Part shown: piece after piece, positions 1-12,799 of the stretch
Layout: every line of letters starts with the position of its first letter
Position numbering within the stretch: position 1 is the first letter of the stretch
Assembly (NCBI GenBank): GCA_028826165.1
Contig: JAPDFW010000060.1
Coordinates: forward strand, 505,624-569,623
DNA: 64,000 bases
DNA from: Anaeramoeba ignava BMAN
Taxonomy: Eukaryota; Protista; Anaeramoebae
Direction: 5' to 3'
Translations under genes and position numbers: made by a program
The notes under the pieces: model-generated
What the model was told of the DNA's origin: nothing
The model's database searches: none
What the model saw: the letters and a program-made list of their open reading frames with translations, nothing else

Positions 1-587
1 ACTTTGAGATTGGGCATCTGGATCATTTGAAAAAAAATTCATTTCCTGAATAATTTCTTGAATTTGGTTTATTTCTTGATATTGGGATTGATCTAGAACT
101 GAATAATAATTTTAGATTTTTAGATTTTTATATTTTTAGATTTTTAGATTTTTAGATTTTTAGATTTTTAGATTTTTAGATTTTTACAATAATTTGTTTC
201 ATTCATTCCTTGATAACCCATAATATCATTTAAAGGATTAAATATATTTTGTTCTTGAGGAAAAACTAAGGAAAGGAAAAGAGAAAATTATTTCAATAAT
301 AAGTAATTGATTGAAAAAAATTTACATTCAATAAAATTTGGTTGGCTTGAACTTAATTGATTTAAATTTGGTTGTTGATTTAAATTTGATTGTTGATTTA
401 AATTTGGTTGATTTAAATTTGGTTGATTTAAACTTGTTTGATGATTTAAATTTGTTTGTTGATTTAAATTTGGTTGTTGATTTAAATTTGTTTGTTGATT
501 TAAATTTGGTTGTTGGTTTAAATTTGGTTGGGAGAGACTCTGTAAAAGAATTTGTAAAAGTTCTTCATCTGATAATTTTTTCGACAT
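1..587 (-). CDS. Hypothetical Q/N-rich protein, spliced, 3' end runs off the window start
   Basis: ATG at 587 (MSKKLSDEELLQILLQ) followed by QQPNLN repeats. Probable GT-AG introns near 268-325 and 97-188 (the latter filled with TTTTAGA repeats), with coding-like segments between them. No family recognised. Confidence 0.45.
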
Positions 588-1090
588 TTTAATTAAATTT
601 TTATTGAAAATTTTTTGTTATTATTATTATTGTTGTTATTATTAAAATTAAATGAGTGAAGTTTAAAAAAAGATTTTGTAATTGAGAATTTTATTTTGTT
701 TAAAAAGAAAAGAAAAGAAAAGAAAAGAAAAATGAAATTCAAAAACAGAATTTTTTTTTGGTTTTTTTTTATTTTTTTTTTTTGAAGTATTTAAAAGAAT
801 TTTGCTTTCGTGAAATTGATCAGAAAAGAAAATAAAAGAAAAAGAAAAGAAAAGAAAAGAAAAAAAGAAAAAAAAAGAAAAAAGAAAAAGAAAAAAGAAA
901 AAAGAAAAGAAAAAGAAAAATTTTTTCAAATTGAAATAAGAATTTCAACAAAATTACTAAAATAACAAATGAAATTTATATAAATAAACGAAAATAAAAT
1001 GGTACTCTTTTTTGTTTTCTTTGAGAAATCTATTTTTAATTGATTATTTTTAATTGATTCTTTTTAATTTTTTGTTTTGATTGATTATTT

Positions 1091-3408
1091 TTAATTGATT
1101 CTTTTTGATTTTTTGTTGAGAAAAACACGAATAATTCCTGTAAAATCACAAGTAATAAAAATCATTCCAAATGAATTATTATCATTATTTTGAATTTGAT
1201 TTGTATTTGTATTATTTGTATTTTCATTTTGATTTTGATTTTGATTTTGATTTTGATTTTGATTTTGATTTTGATTTTGATTTTGATTTTGATTTTGATT
1301 TTGATTTTCATTTTGATTTTGATTTTGATTTTGATTTTGATTTTGATTTTCATTTTGATTTTGATTTTGATTTTCATTTTGATTATTTTTTGTTTCTTGA
1401 TCTATTGATTTTGTGTTTCTTTTTTTGTTTTCATATTTATTCATTGGATAATGATAAATATTAGAAATATTTTTTGGTGTAAAAATTGCACTTGTAATAA
1501 TATTTTCTGAAATTTGAATTTTTTCATATGATTCATTTCTATATTGTTGTTTTTTAGCAATTTTTTTAGAAATTGTTTGATCTAGATCTTTTTCCCAAAT
1601 ATAAACACAACCATCTTCAGAACCACAAATAATAAAGTTATTATAACTTTATAAGTGAATTTTTTTTTAAAAAAATTGAAATGTTAATTTTTTTGAATTA
1701 TTTTGAATTTTTTTGGTAAATTTACGAAAGAAAAGCTTTAATTTGATTTTTTGTGTTTTGATGTCCTTGATATTTTCGAATTAATGAATAATCAGATAGT
1801 TGATATAAACGAATACGAGAATCATTTGATGTAAATAAAATATATTTATCATCTTGAGTAAATTCAATCCCAGTAATTTTCTTACCAGATTTATTTTTCC
1901 CTCTTTTAGAACGAACATGAAGTCTTGTAATATATTCCAAATCCTATTAGAAGAAAAAGGAAGTTTAAGTTTTTAAATAAATTAATAAATAAATTAATAA
2001 ATAAAATAATAAATAAATTAATAAATAAATTAATAAATAAATTAATAAATAATTTAATAAATAATTTAATAAATAAATAAATTAATAAATAAATTAATAA
2101 ATAAATTAATAAATAAATTAATAAATAAATTAATAAATAAATTAATAAATAAATTAATAAATAAATAAATAAATAAATTAATAAATAAATTAATAAATAA
2201 ATTAATAAATAAATTAATAAATAAATTAATAAATAAATTAATAAATAAATTATTAAATAAATTAATAAATAAATTAATAAATAAATTAATAAATAAATTA
2301 ATAAATAAATTAATAAATAAATTAATAAATAAATTAATAAATAAATTAATAAATAATTTAATAAATAAATTTAAATAAATTAATAAATAAATTGTTAAAT
2401 AAATTAATAAATAAGTTGTTAAATAAATTTTTAAATAGAATTTTGATGTTTAAATGGATGATTAAATGAATTTGGATGTAAATCAACCTTGGATTCATAA
2501 AAATGACACATTCCATTATATGAAGCAGTAGTAATAATATTTCCAAGGTTACTAAAACAAGCAGCAGTAATTAAATCCTTTGTATCAACATAATAAAGAA
2601 TTTTTTTATCTTGAATACTCCAAATACGGATTTTATCATCAAAACAACCTGTAATAAACAGAAGATCACTTTTGGGATGAAATTGGACAGAAGTAACGAA
2701 GTCAGGATGTTGGAAAACAAGAACAGATTGATGATTTTTTTTGTCCCATCTTCTGACAGTTTTATCAATTGAAGCTGTCAAAATTGTGCCATTTTTTCCC
2801 CATGAAATATCCAAAATATCAGCAGAATGACCATGAAATTCATGGATAGGATCCTGTGCAAACAACGGAAATTCAGACGCAACTGCCTGTTTAAATTTCA
2901 GTTGGTCTTGTTCTTGTTTGATTTTTTTTTTCAACTTTCGACCCAATTTAACTTTTTCATTTTCTTCAACTTCTTTGCTTTTTTTCCCCTGTTGTTTTTG
3001 AACTTCAAGAATGATTTTGCGCTGCTCATCATGCTGCTCTTGTTGCGTAGTTAAAACCTTCCAGACCCTCAACACCATATCCTGTCCTCCAGTTGCCATT
3101 TCAAAGCCATCGCAACTGAACTTAACTGCCCAGATGGCGCCTGTGTGACTATCTATTTCCTGAATGCAGTGCACGTTGCCAAAATTCCCCTGTTTTTTCT
3201 TGTGCAATGCATTCCCAAAGAAATTGTTATGTGTGTCTTTCTGTATTTTCTCTGTTTCATTGGCAACTTTTGTTGGCCCGAAAATGTCTTCGGGATCAAC
3301 AGCTTTCTCAATTTTTATATCAATTTCTGATAGTGTTATAATTTGGTTTGTGTTGATATTCTTTACAAATGAAAACTCACTTGGATCTTTTGGTGGCGGA
3401 TCAGTCAT
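1091..3408 (-). CDS. WDR44: WD40-repeat protein, WDR44/Rab11-binding-protein-like; exons 3408-2488, 1943-1726, 1646-1091
   Basis: WD repeats HTGAIWAVKFSCDG...GGQD, GHSADILDISW, QHPDFVTSVQFHP. WDR44-type segment TRLHVRSKRGKNKSGKKITGIE...TSNDSRIRLY, then IICGSEDGCVYIW. The GT-AG joins keep the frame. Confidence 0.85.
1975..2430. repeat. Intronic 12-bp minisatellite (TAAATAAATTAA)n
   Basis: Tandem repeat filling most of WDR44 intron 1944-2487. Confidence 0.9.
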
Positions 3409-3646
3409 TTATTTTAATTTAAATTTATAAATAAATATGAAGATTAAAAAAAAAAAATGAAAAAAAAATTAAAAAAAAAAAGTTTTTTAAATAATAAAAT
3501 TAAAAGGAAAAAAAATTTTTTTTTTTAATCAAAAAATTTTTAATAATAAAAATAAAAAAATTGGACAATTTTGATTTAATTAATTTAATAGATTTAATTT
3601 AGATTTAATTAATTTTAATAAATTTAATTTTGATTTAATTTTGATT

Positions 3647-5893
3647 TTAATTTAATCCCTCTAAGAATTTTTTTATTGCTTTTTTAAAATGTAAAAAATC
3701 CACTTTTTCTGTTTTAATATCTATATTCAAAGCTTCAAAAACAGCCAATTGACTTACTGTTTGAAGATCGCTACAGGTCCATCCATTCGTGAGATTTACT
3801 GTTTCCGTTTTCTCTTTTTGTGTTGCTTGACAATGAATTTGTTTGAGCAAAATGTCCAAGATCTCACTACGATCTTCCATGTTTGGAAGTGGAACAGAAA
3901 CGACTTTCTCCAATCTCCCTGGACGTACCAGCGCCTCATCAATAAGATCTATTCTGTTTGTGCAACTGATCACGAGTAAATGTCCCCTATCACTAACGCC
4001 GTCCATCTCAGTTAATAATTGACTTAAAGCTCTTTCTTCAATTCCTACTTTTTGATCTTGATCAAATTGTCTCTTGATCCCGATAGCGTCGATCTCGTCA
4101 AGAAATATCACGCTTGGCGAAACAGCTCTTGCACGTGAGAAAACTGTACGGATTGCGCTTTCTGTGTCTCCTACATATTTGGAAAATAGCTCAGTTGAAT
4201 TTACTATTAAACTTGGTATTTTCATTTCTGAAAGTGTTGAAATCACCAGTTCAGTCTTTCCGCATCCACTTGGTCCATAAAGTAATATCCCAGACGGTAC
4301 AACTAATTTCTGCAAACTCTCTGTCTTGTTTTCTTTTTTTATTTTCTGCGTAGATTGTTTTGTCTTTGCTAGAAAATGCAATATTGTTTGTTTTAGCATT
4401 TTTTTGATTTCGAAATAACCTCCTAATTTCTCTAAATCCTTTACATTTCCTGGTAATTGAAACTGGGGATCAATTTCACTTGGGCTTATCTCACCAAGGG
4501 CTTGTTCGAAATCGCCTTTTTCTATTTTCAAATTTGATTTTATATTATCATCTTTATTGCGAAGTGCACAATTCAAATGCGCATTTTTAACAAGAGATAC
4601 TATATCTTTTGGTGTGAAGCCCCGTGTTTTTGTGGTGAGAAACTCAATTAACATATTTTCATCTTCTTGAATCTCCCATAAACTTGATTTTTGATGTTCT
4701 GTCGAGATCCAAAACTTCAACAATTTCTTTCGACATTCTGCATTTGGAATATGAATTTGGATCTCATCAATAAACCTCCCAGTTTTATACAAATTAGAAA
4801 CTATACCTGGATCAGGTTCTGTTCTTGTTGCTGCTAATAGAAATAATTTTCGATTTGGGAAATTTTTTTCAATCAAAATCATTAATTGAGAAAATGCAAA
4901 TTGATTTTTTTTGAGATCAAGTAAATCATCAAATTCATCTATAACAATTAGGCACGGTTCTTTTTCGCATGCCTCGTATATTTTCTTTTCTAAATAGTTT
5001 ATATTATCTTCATTTCCATATCTCTTCTCAATAACTTTATGACTTGATATTTTAACTGTATTAATATTCATTTGCAAAAAACATATTCTACAAACAATTT
5101 TTAACAGTAAAGTCTTTCCAATACCATGTGGCCCATAAATAACAGCACCATTTCTTTGGGTATTTTTATTTATTATTGAATATTTTTCATCTTCTTCATT
5201 ATTTCCTTTGAATTTTTGATCGATATACTTAAATATTTTTTTAAGTGGTTTTGATAAATGTGAAAAATTTTCAATCATATCCAAATTCTTAATTTGTTTT
5301 TGGTAGGCATAGCGTGCTATATTCAGCTCAAAAAGTTTTTGAGGTGCTATTTTTGTTTCTACTATGATATTCTTTGCAATTATATATTGATATTTCTGGA
5401 GATTTTCTTCTCCATCTTGACTTATTTTAGTAATAATGAATTGAATTTCTTCTCCAAATAAATTTTCAAATAATATCCCATTTTTAGAAAGGACTTTATT
5501 TTGGAATCTTCGAGAAAGCAAATTGTTAATATTTGCAAATTGTGATTTTTTTTGGTTCATTTTCAAAAATCCTTCAATTTTAATTGGATTATTTTCATCC
5601 ACAATTCCAATATTTTCCAATTTTTCAACTTCAATTTGATCATTTAATTTAAGATTAAATAAAGAGATCACATTTTTTGAAACATAAATTTCATTTTCTA
5701 AAATTCCCTCAAAAGGAAATGCATTTACTATCATTTCTATAAAAGATTTTTCAGTTTTGATTTTTAAAAAAGTATGAAGTGATAATTTTTCTCCAAATTT
5801 CGATAATGTTTGGGGATGAATAAAAGTATTCCAAGGAAATGGATCTTTATTTGATAAAGGAGACAAACCGGTTATAATTTTTAATTTTTTCAT
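3647..5893 (-). CDS. Double-AAA+ ATPase, CDC48/AFG2(SPATA5/SPATA5L1)-like, intronless
   Basis: 748 aa. D1 GPHGIGKT and IVIDEFD; D2 GILLYGPSGCGKT, SKYVGDTE, IFLDEID, LLTEMDG, TNRIDLIDEALVRPGRLE. Subfamily cannot be resolved by eye. Confidence 0.85.
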   Translation of the reverse strand: MKKLKIITGLSPLSNKDPFPWNTFIHPQTLSKFGEKLSLHTFLKIKTEKSFIEMIVNAFPFEGILENEIYVSKNVISLFNLKLNDQIEVEKLENIGIVDENNPIKIEGFLKMNQKKSQFANINNLLSRRFQNKVLSKNGILFENLFGEEIQFIITKISQDGEENLQKYQYIIAKNIIVETKIAPQKLFELNIARYAYQKQIKNLDMIENFSHLSKPLKKIFKYIDQKFKGNNEEDEKYSIINKNTQRNGAVIYGPHGIGKTLLLKIVCRICFLQMNINTVKISSHKVIEKRYGNEDNINYLEKKIYEACEKEPCLIVIDEFDDLLDLKKNQFAFSQLMILIEKNFPNRKLFLLAATRTEPDPGIVSNLYKTGRFIDEIQIHIPNAECRKKLLKFWISTEHQKSSLWEIQEDENMLIEFLTTKTRGFTPKDIVSLVKNAHLNCALRNKDDNIKSNLKIEKGDFEQALGEISPSEIDPQFQLPGNVKDLEKLGGYFEIKKMLKQTILHFLAKTKQSTQKIKKENKTESLQKLVVPSGILLYGPSGCGKTELVISTLSEMKIPSLIVNSTELFSKYVGDTESAIRTVFSRARAVSPSVIFLDEIDAIGIKRQFDQDQKVGIEERALSQLLTEMDGVSDRGHLLVISCTNRIDLIDEALVRPGRLEKVVSVPLPNMEDRSEILDILLKQIHCQATQKEKTETVNLTNGWTCSDLQTVSQLAVFEALNIDIKTEKVDFLHFKKAIKKFLEGLN

Positions 5894-5993
5894 TTTATGA
5901 AGAAGAAAAATAAGTTTTTATTTTTTTTCATTTTTTATTTTTCATTTTTCTTATTAAAAATAAAATTAATTAATTTCAATTTTGATCTTTAAA
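5894..5993. promoter_or_regulatory. 100-bp divergent (bidirectional) promoter region
   Basis: The ATGs of the AAA ATPase (-) and XPF (+) are 100 bp apart; TTTTCATTTT elements lie on the XPF strand. Confidence 0.55.
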
Positions 5994-8900
5994 ATGTTAA
6001 AATTTTTTAGAGAATCAATTACAAAAATTCTTGAAAAAGATTCACTTATTATTTCTCCTGATGGTTTTGATAATTTTAAACTTTTAACAACTTTAATTAG
6101 TTTATATTGTTCTCCTCCAAATTTAACTTATGTTTTAAATTTTGATAATGAAGATTTTAATAAAATAAATGAATCTTTATCACTTCAAGGATTAAATTTT
6201 CTTCCTAAATTTATTAATAATCAATTTCCTGCTAAAAACAGGTTTTTTTTAAAATCAAAATTAAAATCAAAATTAAAATCAAAATCAAAAATCAAAATTA
6301 AAATTAAAATTAAAATTAAAAATAAAATTAAAATCAAAATCAAAATTAAAATTAAAATCAAAATCAAAATTAAAATTAAAATCAAAATTAAAATTAAAAT
6401 CAAAATCAAAATCAAAATTAAAATTAAAATCAAAATTAAAATCAAAATTAAAATTAAAATTAAAATCAAAATTAAAATCAAAATTAAAATTAAAATTAAA
6501 ATCAAAATTAAAATCAAAATTAAAATCAAAATTAAAATCCAAAATCCAAAATCAAAGAATTGAACATTATAAAACTGGAGGTGTAATTTTTACAACAGCA
6601 AGAATTTTAATAGTTGACTTATTAAAACATAGAGTTCCACTTAACAAAATATCAGGATTCTTCATTTTAAATTCACATTTATTATCATACCCAAGTTTAG
6701 AAGCATTTATAATTGAAATATTTAGAGATAATAATAAAGAAGGATTTGTTCGTGGATTTTCAAATTCACCAAAAAGTTTTTTAAATAACGAAGATAAAAT
6801 CAATCAAATACTCCAAACTTTACATGTTCAAGAAATTCTTGTTTTGACTCCTTCTTTAGAGGATTTTCCTCAAATTGATTTAATAGAGATAGAAATTTCT
6901 CTTTCAAAAAATCTTCAGCGTATTCAAGATTGTTTATTGAAAATAATTGAATATTGTTTGATTGAATTAGTAGATATTTATGGGATAGAAGATATTAGTT
7001 TGGAAAGAGTTCTAACTCATCGATTTAGGGATATTTTTAAAGAAATCAAAAAAAATGATCCAAATTCTCAACAAAAAATACAAAACTTTTTCACAATTAA
7101 AAATTTATTAAAAAAATTCTTCTCACTTGATTCTGTTAGTTTTTATCAAGAATTACTAGTTTTGAAACAATATTATACAACACAAGGAATTTCTCACATT
7201 CCATTTTGGATGTATTTAACAGAAATGAATGATATTTTTGAAATTTCCAAAAATGTTATTTTTACAAATTATTTGGATGAATTTTCAATTAATGAAGAAT
7301 ATGAACAAAAAGATATTCTTGAAAAACAAGATCCCATTGAAAATTTCTTTCGAATTCAAAATTTGGTTCCTCTTTATCAAGCAAATCCAAAATGGGAAAT
7401 TCTTGATGGTATTTTATCATTAATTGAAGAAGAAATTGAAAATGATAATATTTTGAATAACGAAAAAAATGATATGAAAAATTTAAATCCAAATAATTAT
7501 GTTTTAATTGTTGTAAATGATTTTAAAATTGCTGAAGAATTGAAACTTTATCTTCAACAAGGAAAAAAACAATTTCTACAAAATAAATTGAAGAGATATT
7601 TTATTAATTCTGAAGATTTTCGAATAATGAAAAGGAATGAGAAGGAAGAAAAACAGAATTTGAAAAGAATAAAATCAAATAATAACAATAATAACAATAA
7701 AAAATCAAAGGAAAAACAAAACAAAAAGAAACAAAAACAGAAAAAGAAAAAGAAAATGCCAGAACGTACAAGTTCACAAATTGAAATTACATTTTATTTT
7801 GCACAAAATCAAAATAAAAATCAAAATCAAATTGGAAATGAAAATGAAAAACAAAATCAAAATCAAATTGGAAATGAAAATGAAAAACAAAAACAAAATC
7901 AAAATCAAAATCAAAATCAAAATCAAAATCAAATTGAAATTGAAAATGAAGATGAAATTGAAAATGAAATCAACCTTGAATTTTTTTCTTTATTACCTTC
8001 TCAAGAACTTCATTTAATAATTCAACCATTTGAAAATTTTCAGCAAACCCTTTATGATTTAAAACCAAGATTTATCGTTTTAATGTCTCCTTGGATTCAA
8101 TTAATTCGACAAATAGAATCTTTTCTTTATGAAAATACAGAAATTGAAACAAAAGTTTTTTTAACTGTTTATACTAATTCATTTGAATCACGATGTTTTA
8201 ATTATTTATTAACTGAAGAAAAGCAATCTTTTTCTTTTCTAAAGGAAATTTCCAAAAAAATAAACAATCAAAATAATGAACAAAATATTGAACAAAATAA
8301 TGAACAAAATATTGAATTAAATATTGAACAAAATATTGAATTAAATAATAAACAAAATAATGAACAAAATATTGAACAAAATAATGAATTAAATATTGAA
8401 CAAAATAATGAATTAAATATTCAACAAAATAATGAATTAAATAATGAACAAAATATTCAACTAAATAATGAACAAAATATTGAACAAAATATTCAACAAA
8501 ATAATGAACAAAATATTCAACAAAATATTGAACTAAATAATGAACAAAATATTGAACAAAATATTCAACAAAATATTGAATTAAATAATAAATTAAATAA
8601 TGAACAAAATATTGAATTAAATAATAAATTAAATAATGAACAAAATATTGAATTAGATATTGAACAAAATAATGAATTAAATAATGAATTAAATAATGAA
8701 CAAAATAATGAATTAAATAATGAACAAAATATTCAACAAAATATTGAATTAAATAATGAATTAAATATTGATTTAATTAAAGATGATAAAGTGAAAAAAG
8801 AGAAAAAAACACAAAAACAAATTGTACTTGTAGATAATCGAGAATTTATAGGATCTTTAGTTCCTTTTATGCTTTATAAAAAAGAAGTTGAAGTTATACC

Positions 8901-9492
8901 ACTAAACCTTGAAATTGGAGATTATATTCTTTCATCTGAATTGTGTGTTGAAAGAAAAACAATTTCTGATTTGATTTCTTCATTCAAAAGTGGAAGACTT
9001 TATAACCAATTAAAAGAAATGAACGAACATTATAAAAACCCTATTTTATTAATTGAAATGGATTCAAAAAGAAAACAAGAATTAAATGAACCATCTCAAA
9101 TACTAATCTCAGATCCTACAACTAATATAATCTCTAAAATTACAACTCTTGTTAAACAATTTCCAAATATGAGAATAATATGGAGTCAAAATCCAGATTT
9201 AACTGCAAATATATTTCTTAATCTTAAATCAAATCATTCTGAACCAAATACTAAAGATGTGAAGAAATTAACAAAATCTACTCATTCAGCTTTTAAAATG
9301 TTAAAGAAAATGCCAGGAATTAATGATAAAAATTCAAAATTAATTCTTTCTAGAATATCCAATTTTAAAAAATTAGTTTCTACTCCATTGAAACAATTAG
9401 AAATTTTATTAGGAGAAAAAAATGCGAAAGATTTATATAATTTTCTTCGTTATAAAGCTAATACTGAAGACGAAGAGGATCAAGACAATTAA
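5994..9492 (+). CDS. ERCC4: DNA repair endonuclease XPF/ERCC4 (Rad1); exons 5994-6241, 6558-9492
   Basis: Spliced N-terminus RIEHYKTGGVIFTTARILIVDLL (XPF helicase-like region). Nuclease motifs VDNREF and GDYILSSELCVERKTISDLISSFKSGRLYNQ. C-terminal HhH KKMPGIN. Confidence 0.92.
8268..8772 (+). repeat. Coding 12-bp repeat (NNEQ/NIEQ/NIEL tetrapeptides) within XPF
   Basis: In-frame AATAATGAACAA-type units between the helicase-like and nuclease regions. Confidence 0.9.
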
Positions 9493-9494
9493 TT

Positions 9495-10085
9495 TTAAAT
9501 TTTGAATTTGATTTTAATTTTGATTTAGATTTTGATTTTGATTTTGATTTTGATTTTGATTTTGATTTTGATTTTGATTTTAATTTTGATTTTAATTTTG
9601 ATTTTAAATTTTAAATTGATTTTGATTTTAATTTTGATTTTGATTTTGAATTTAAATTTTAATTTGATTTTGATTTTGATTTTGATTTTGATTTTGATTT
9701 TGATTTTGATTTTGATTTTGATTTTGATTTTAATTTTAAATTTGATTTTAATTTTAATTTTAATTTTAATTTTGATTTTGATTTTAATTTTGATTTTAAA
9801 TTTTAAATTGAATTTGAATTTTGATTTTAATTTTGATTTTAATTTTAATTTTGAATTGATTTTGATTTTGATTTTGATTTTGATTTAGATTTTAATTTTG
9901 ATTTTGATTTTGATTTTGATTTTGATTTTAATTTTGAATTTAAATTTTAAATTTTGATTTTGATTTTGATTTTGAATTTAAATTTTGATTTTGATTTTAA
10001 TTTTAATTTTGATTTTGATTTTGATTTTGATTTTGATTTAGATTTTGATTTAGATTTTGATTTTGATTTTGATTTTAAATTTGAA
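9495..10085. repeat. Intergenic hexamer microsatellite (TTTTGA/TTTTAA)n
   Basis: Directly visible tandem hexamers. Confidence 0.9.
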
Positions 10086-10136
10086 TAAATTTTTTTATTT
10101 TTTTTGCTTTTCATTTTTTTTTTCATTTTTTTTTTG

Positions 10137-11748
10137 ATGGCTCAGTTAGGAACAATAAAATCATTATTTTCAGCTTTAAAACAAGATGGAACAGTATCAT
10201 GCATAAGATTATTAATTGACGAAGGAGCGAGTGTTAATGAAAAAAACAATGAAAAAGATACACCTTTGCATGCAAGTTTAAAATATAGATTATCATATAA
10301 TGTTATTAAGTTATTAATTGAAAATGGGGCAGAAGTAAACACAGCAAACAATCAAGGAGACTCACCTTTACACATTGCCTTGAGAAAAAACTTATCATAC
10401 GATATCATCAAATTACTTGTTGATGAAAACGCTGATTTAGTTGCTAGAAATAAAAAAGATGAAACACCTTTTAATTATGCTTTCAAATCAAAAGAAATAT
10501 CGAATCAAATCAAAATTTTATTTCTCAAGAATATCAATTTTCTTTATTTGGATAGAAATGAAATCCCTCGCGAAATGACTAATTTTGCTAAAAAAGCCTA
10601 TTCAATAATTTATGATATGCAAAACTTTTTGGAAGAAAATGAATTTTCAGATATTCTTATAAAATCTAATGATAGTATTCAATTCCATGTTCACAGTGAT
10701 TTTTTAATGATGAGATTTGATAATAATAAATCTATCTTGAATAAATTTATTGAAATTTGTAAAAGAAAATCTGGGATATTTGTTAGGCTTGCACTTAATT
10801 TTCTTTACACTGGATTTCTTGATTTTGATAAAGAATTCAATCAAATTTTTCAAGCTGAAAATAATAACAATAATAATAATGATAATAACAACAATAATAA
10901 TGATAATAATGATAATAATGATAATAACGATAATAATAATAATAAGGATAATGATAATAATTTTGATTTTGATTTTGAAAGGCAACTTTCACAATCATTT
11001 GATAATCTTTTAAATGATGGATTTAGTATTGAAGAGATAATCATTATACAACAACAAATGCTTGATTTATATCAAAAACCAGATCAAAATCAAAAATCAA
11101 AATCAAAATCAAAAACCAGATCAAAATCAAAATCAAAATCAAAACCAAAATCAAAATCAAAACCAAAATCAAAATCAAAATCAAAATCAAAATCACCAAG
11201 ATATCAAAGAAATACAAAAAGAATATTTTATTAACGAAGGAATAATTGAAGATTTATTTAAGCAACTTGGATTAGATCCAGAATGGATTAAACCAAAATC
11301 AGGAATAAAAGGAATATTAAGAGATTTACATCATTTATTTGAAGATGATTCAACAAAAGAAATAACAATAAATTGCAAAAAAAATGAAATAAAAATTCAT
11401 AAAATGATATTATTAATAAGAACAAATTCATTTAAAGAGATGGTTCAAAAAAATCAAAATCAAAATCAAAATCAAAATCAAAATCAAAATCAAAATCAAG
11501 ATCAAAATCAAGATCAAAATCAAGATCAAAATCAAGATCAAAATCAAGATCAAAATCAAGATCCTTTAAAAGAATTTAATGATTCTTCAAAAAATTCTTT
11601 TGAATCATTCAATCAATTAATTCATTTCCTTTATCATGATGAATTCGAAGAAATAAAAATTGATCAAAAAATGAAAGAAGAATTTAAGGATTTAAAGAAG
11701 TTTTATCAATTAAATGAAAATTCCGTTTTGGATTTAATTTTGAAATGA
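10137..11748 (+). CDS. Ankyrin-repeat plus BTB-like domain protein, with one frameshift near 11093
   Basis: Ankyrin repeats DTPLHASL, GDSPLHIAL, ETPF. BTB-like segments FSDILIKSNDSIQFHVHSDFL...LNFLYTG and EIKIHKMILLIRT...LIHFLYHD. ORFs 10104-11234 and 11062-11748 join if one extra A in a CAAAAT run is removed. Confidence 0.8.
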
Positions 11749-11838
11749 TTTTTTTTTTCACAAAGAAACAAAGAAAATTAAAAAAAATTTTTTTCATTTT
11801 TTCATTTTTCATTTTTCATTTTTCATTTTTTTTTTAAA

Positions 11839-12731
11839 ATGCAAAAAAATCTAATTTTAGAAATTTATCAAAATTCTATTCAAGATTTTGTTTCAGAAGT
11901 TAATCCAAAAAACCAAAATCAAAATCAAAATCAAAATCAAAATCAAAATCAAAATCAAAATCAAAATCAAAATCAAAATCAAATTCAAAATCAAATTCAA
12001 AATCAAATTCAAAATCAAAATCAAATTGAAAATCAAAATCTAAATCAAATTCAAAATCAAATTGAAAATCAAAATCAAAATCAAAATCAAAATCAATTTA
12101 AAAATCAAAATCAAAATCAAAATCAAATTGAAAATCAAAATATAAATCAAAACCAAAATCAAAATATAAATCAAATTCAAAATCAAATTCAAAATCAAAA
12201 TCTAAATCAAAATCAAAATAAATCAAAATCAAAATCAAATTCAAAATCAAAATCAAAATCAAAATTCAAAATCAATTCAAAAATCAATTCAAAAATCAAT
12301 TTAAAAATCAATTCAAAAATCAATTCAAAAATCAATTTAAAAATCAATTCAAAAATCAATTTAAAAATCAATTTAAAAATCAATTCAAAAATTCTCATCT
12401 TTCAAACGATCCAAAAATTGAAATTCCTATCCAATTACCTTCTTTTCCACAATTTCCACAATTTTTATCTTTAAATAGAAATGAAAATGAAAATAGAAAT
12501 GAAAATGAAAATAGAAATGAAAATGAAAATGAAAATGAAAATGAAAATGAATCTTTATCAAATCTCTTGCTTTCTTGGTATTATTCTGGTTATTACACTG
12601 GTGCTTTTATGGTAAATAAATAATCATTAATTTTTCTTTTCATTTAATATCTTAAAATAACTAAATACTTATCTAATAATTATTTTTTATATTTTTTTCT
12701 ACTTATCTAAATTTAGGCAAAAAAAAATTAA
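11839..12731 (+). CDS. SMN: SMN (survival motor neuron)-like protein lacking a Tudor domain; indels in the QN repeat; intron 12612-12716
   Basis: C-terminal YG box SLSNLLLSWYYSGYYTGAFM at 12552-12611, preceded by a Pro-rich stretch. N-terminal helix LILEIYQNSIQDF loosely resembles the Gemin2-binding motif. Two indels near 12220 and 12263 must be corrected to join the frames. Confidence 0.7.
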
Positions 12732-12799
12732 AAATTAAAAATTAAAAATTAAAAATTAAAAATCATTTTTCCTTTTCTTCTTTTCTTTAAATCCAATTT

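Noticed and set aside
6221-6542. ORFs translating as poly-IL, poly-IK, poly-DF or poly-NF (also near 1162, 9532, 17331, 22057, 29224, 40372-41068, 47883-48316)
   Set aside because: They are stop-free readings of hexamer or 12-mer microsatellites in introns, intergenic DNA or antisense to coding repeats, not genes.
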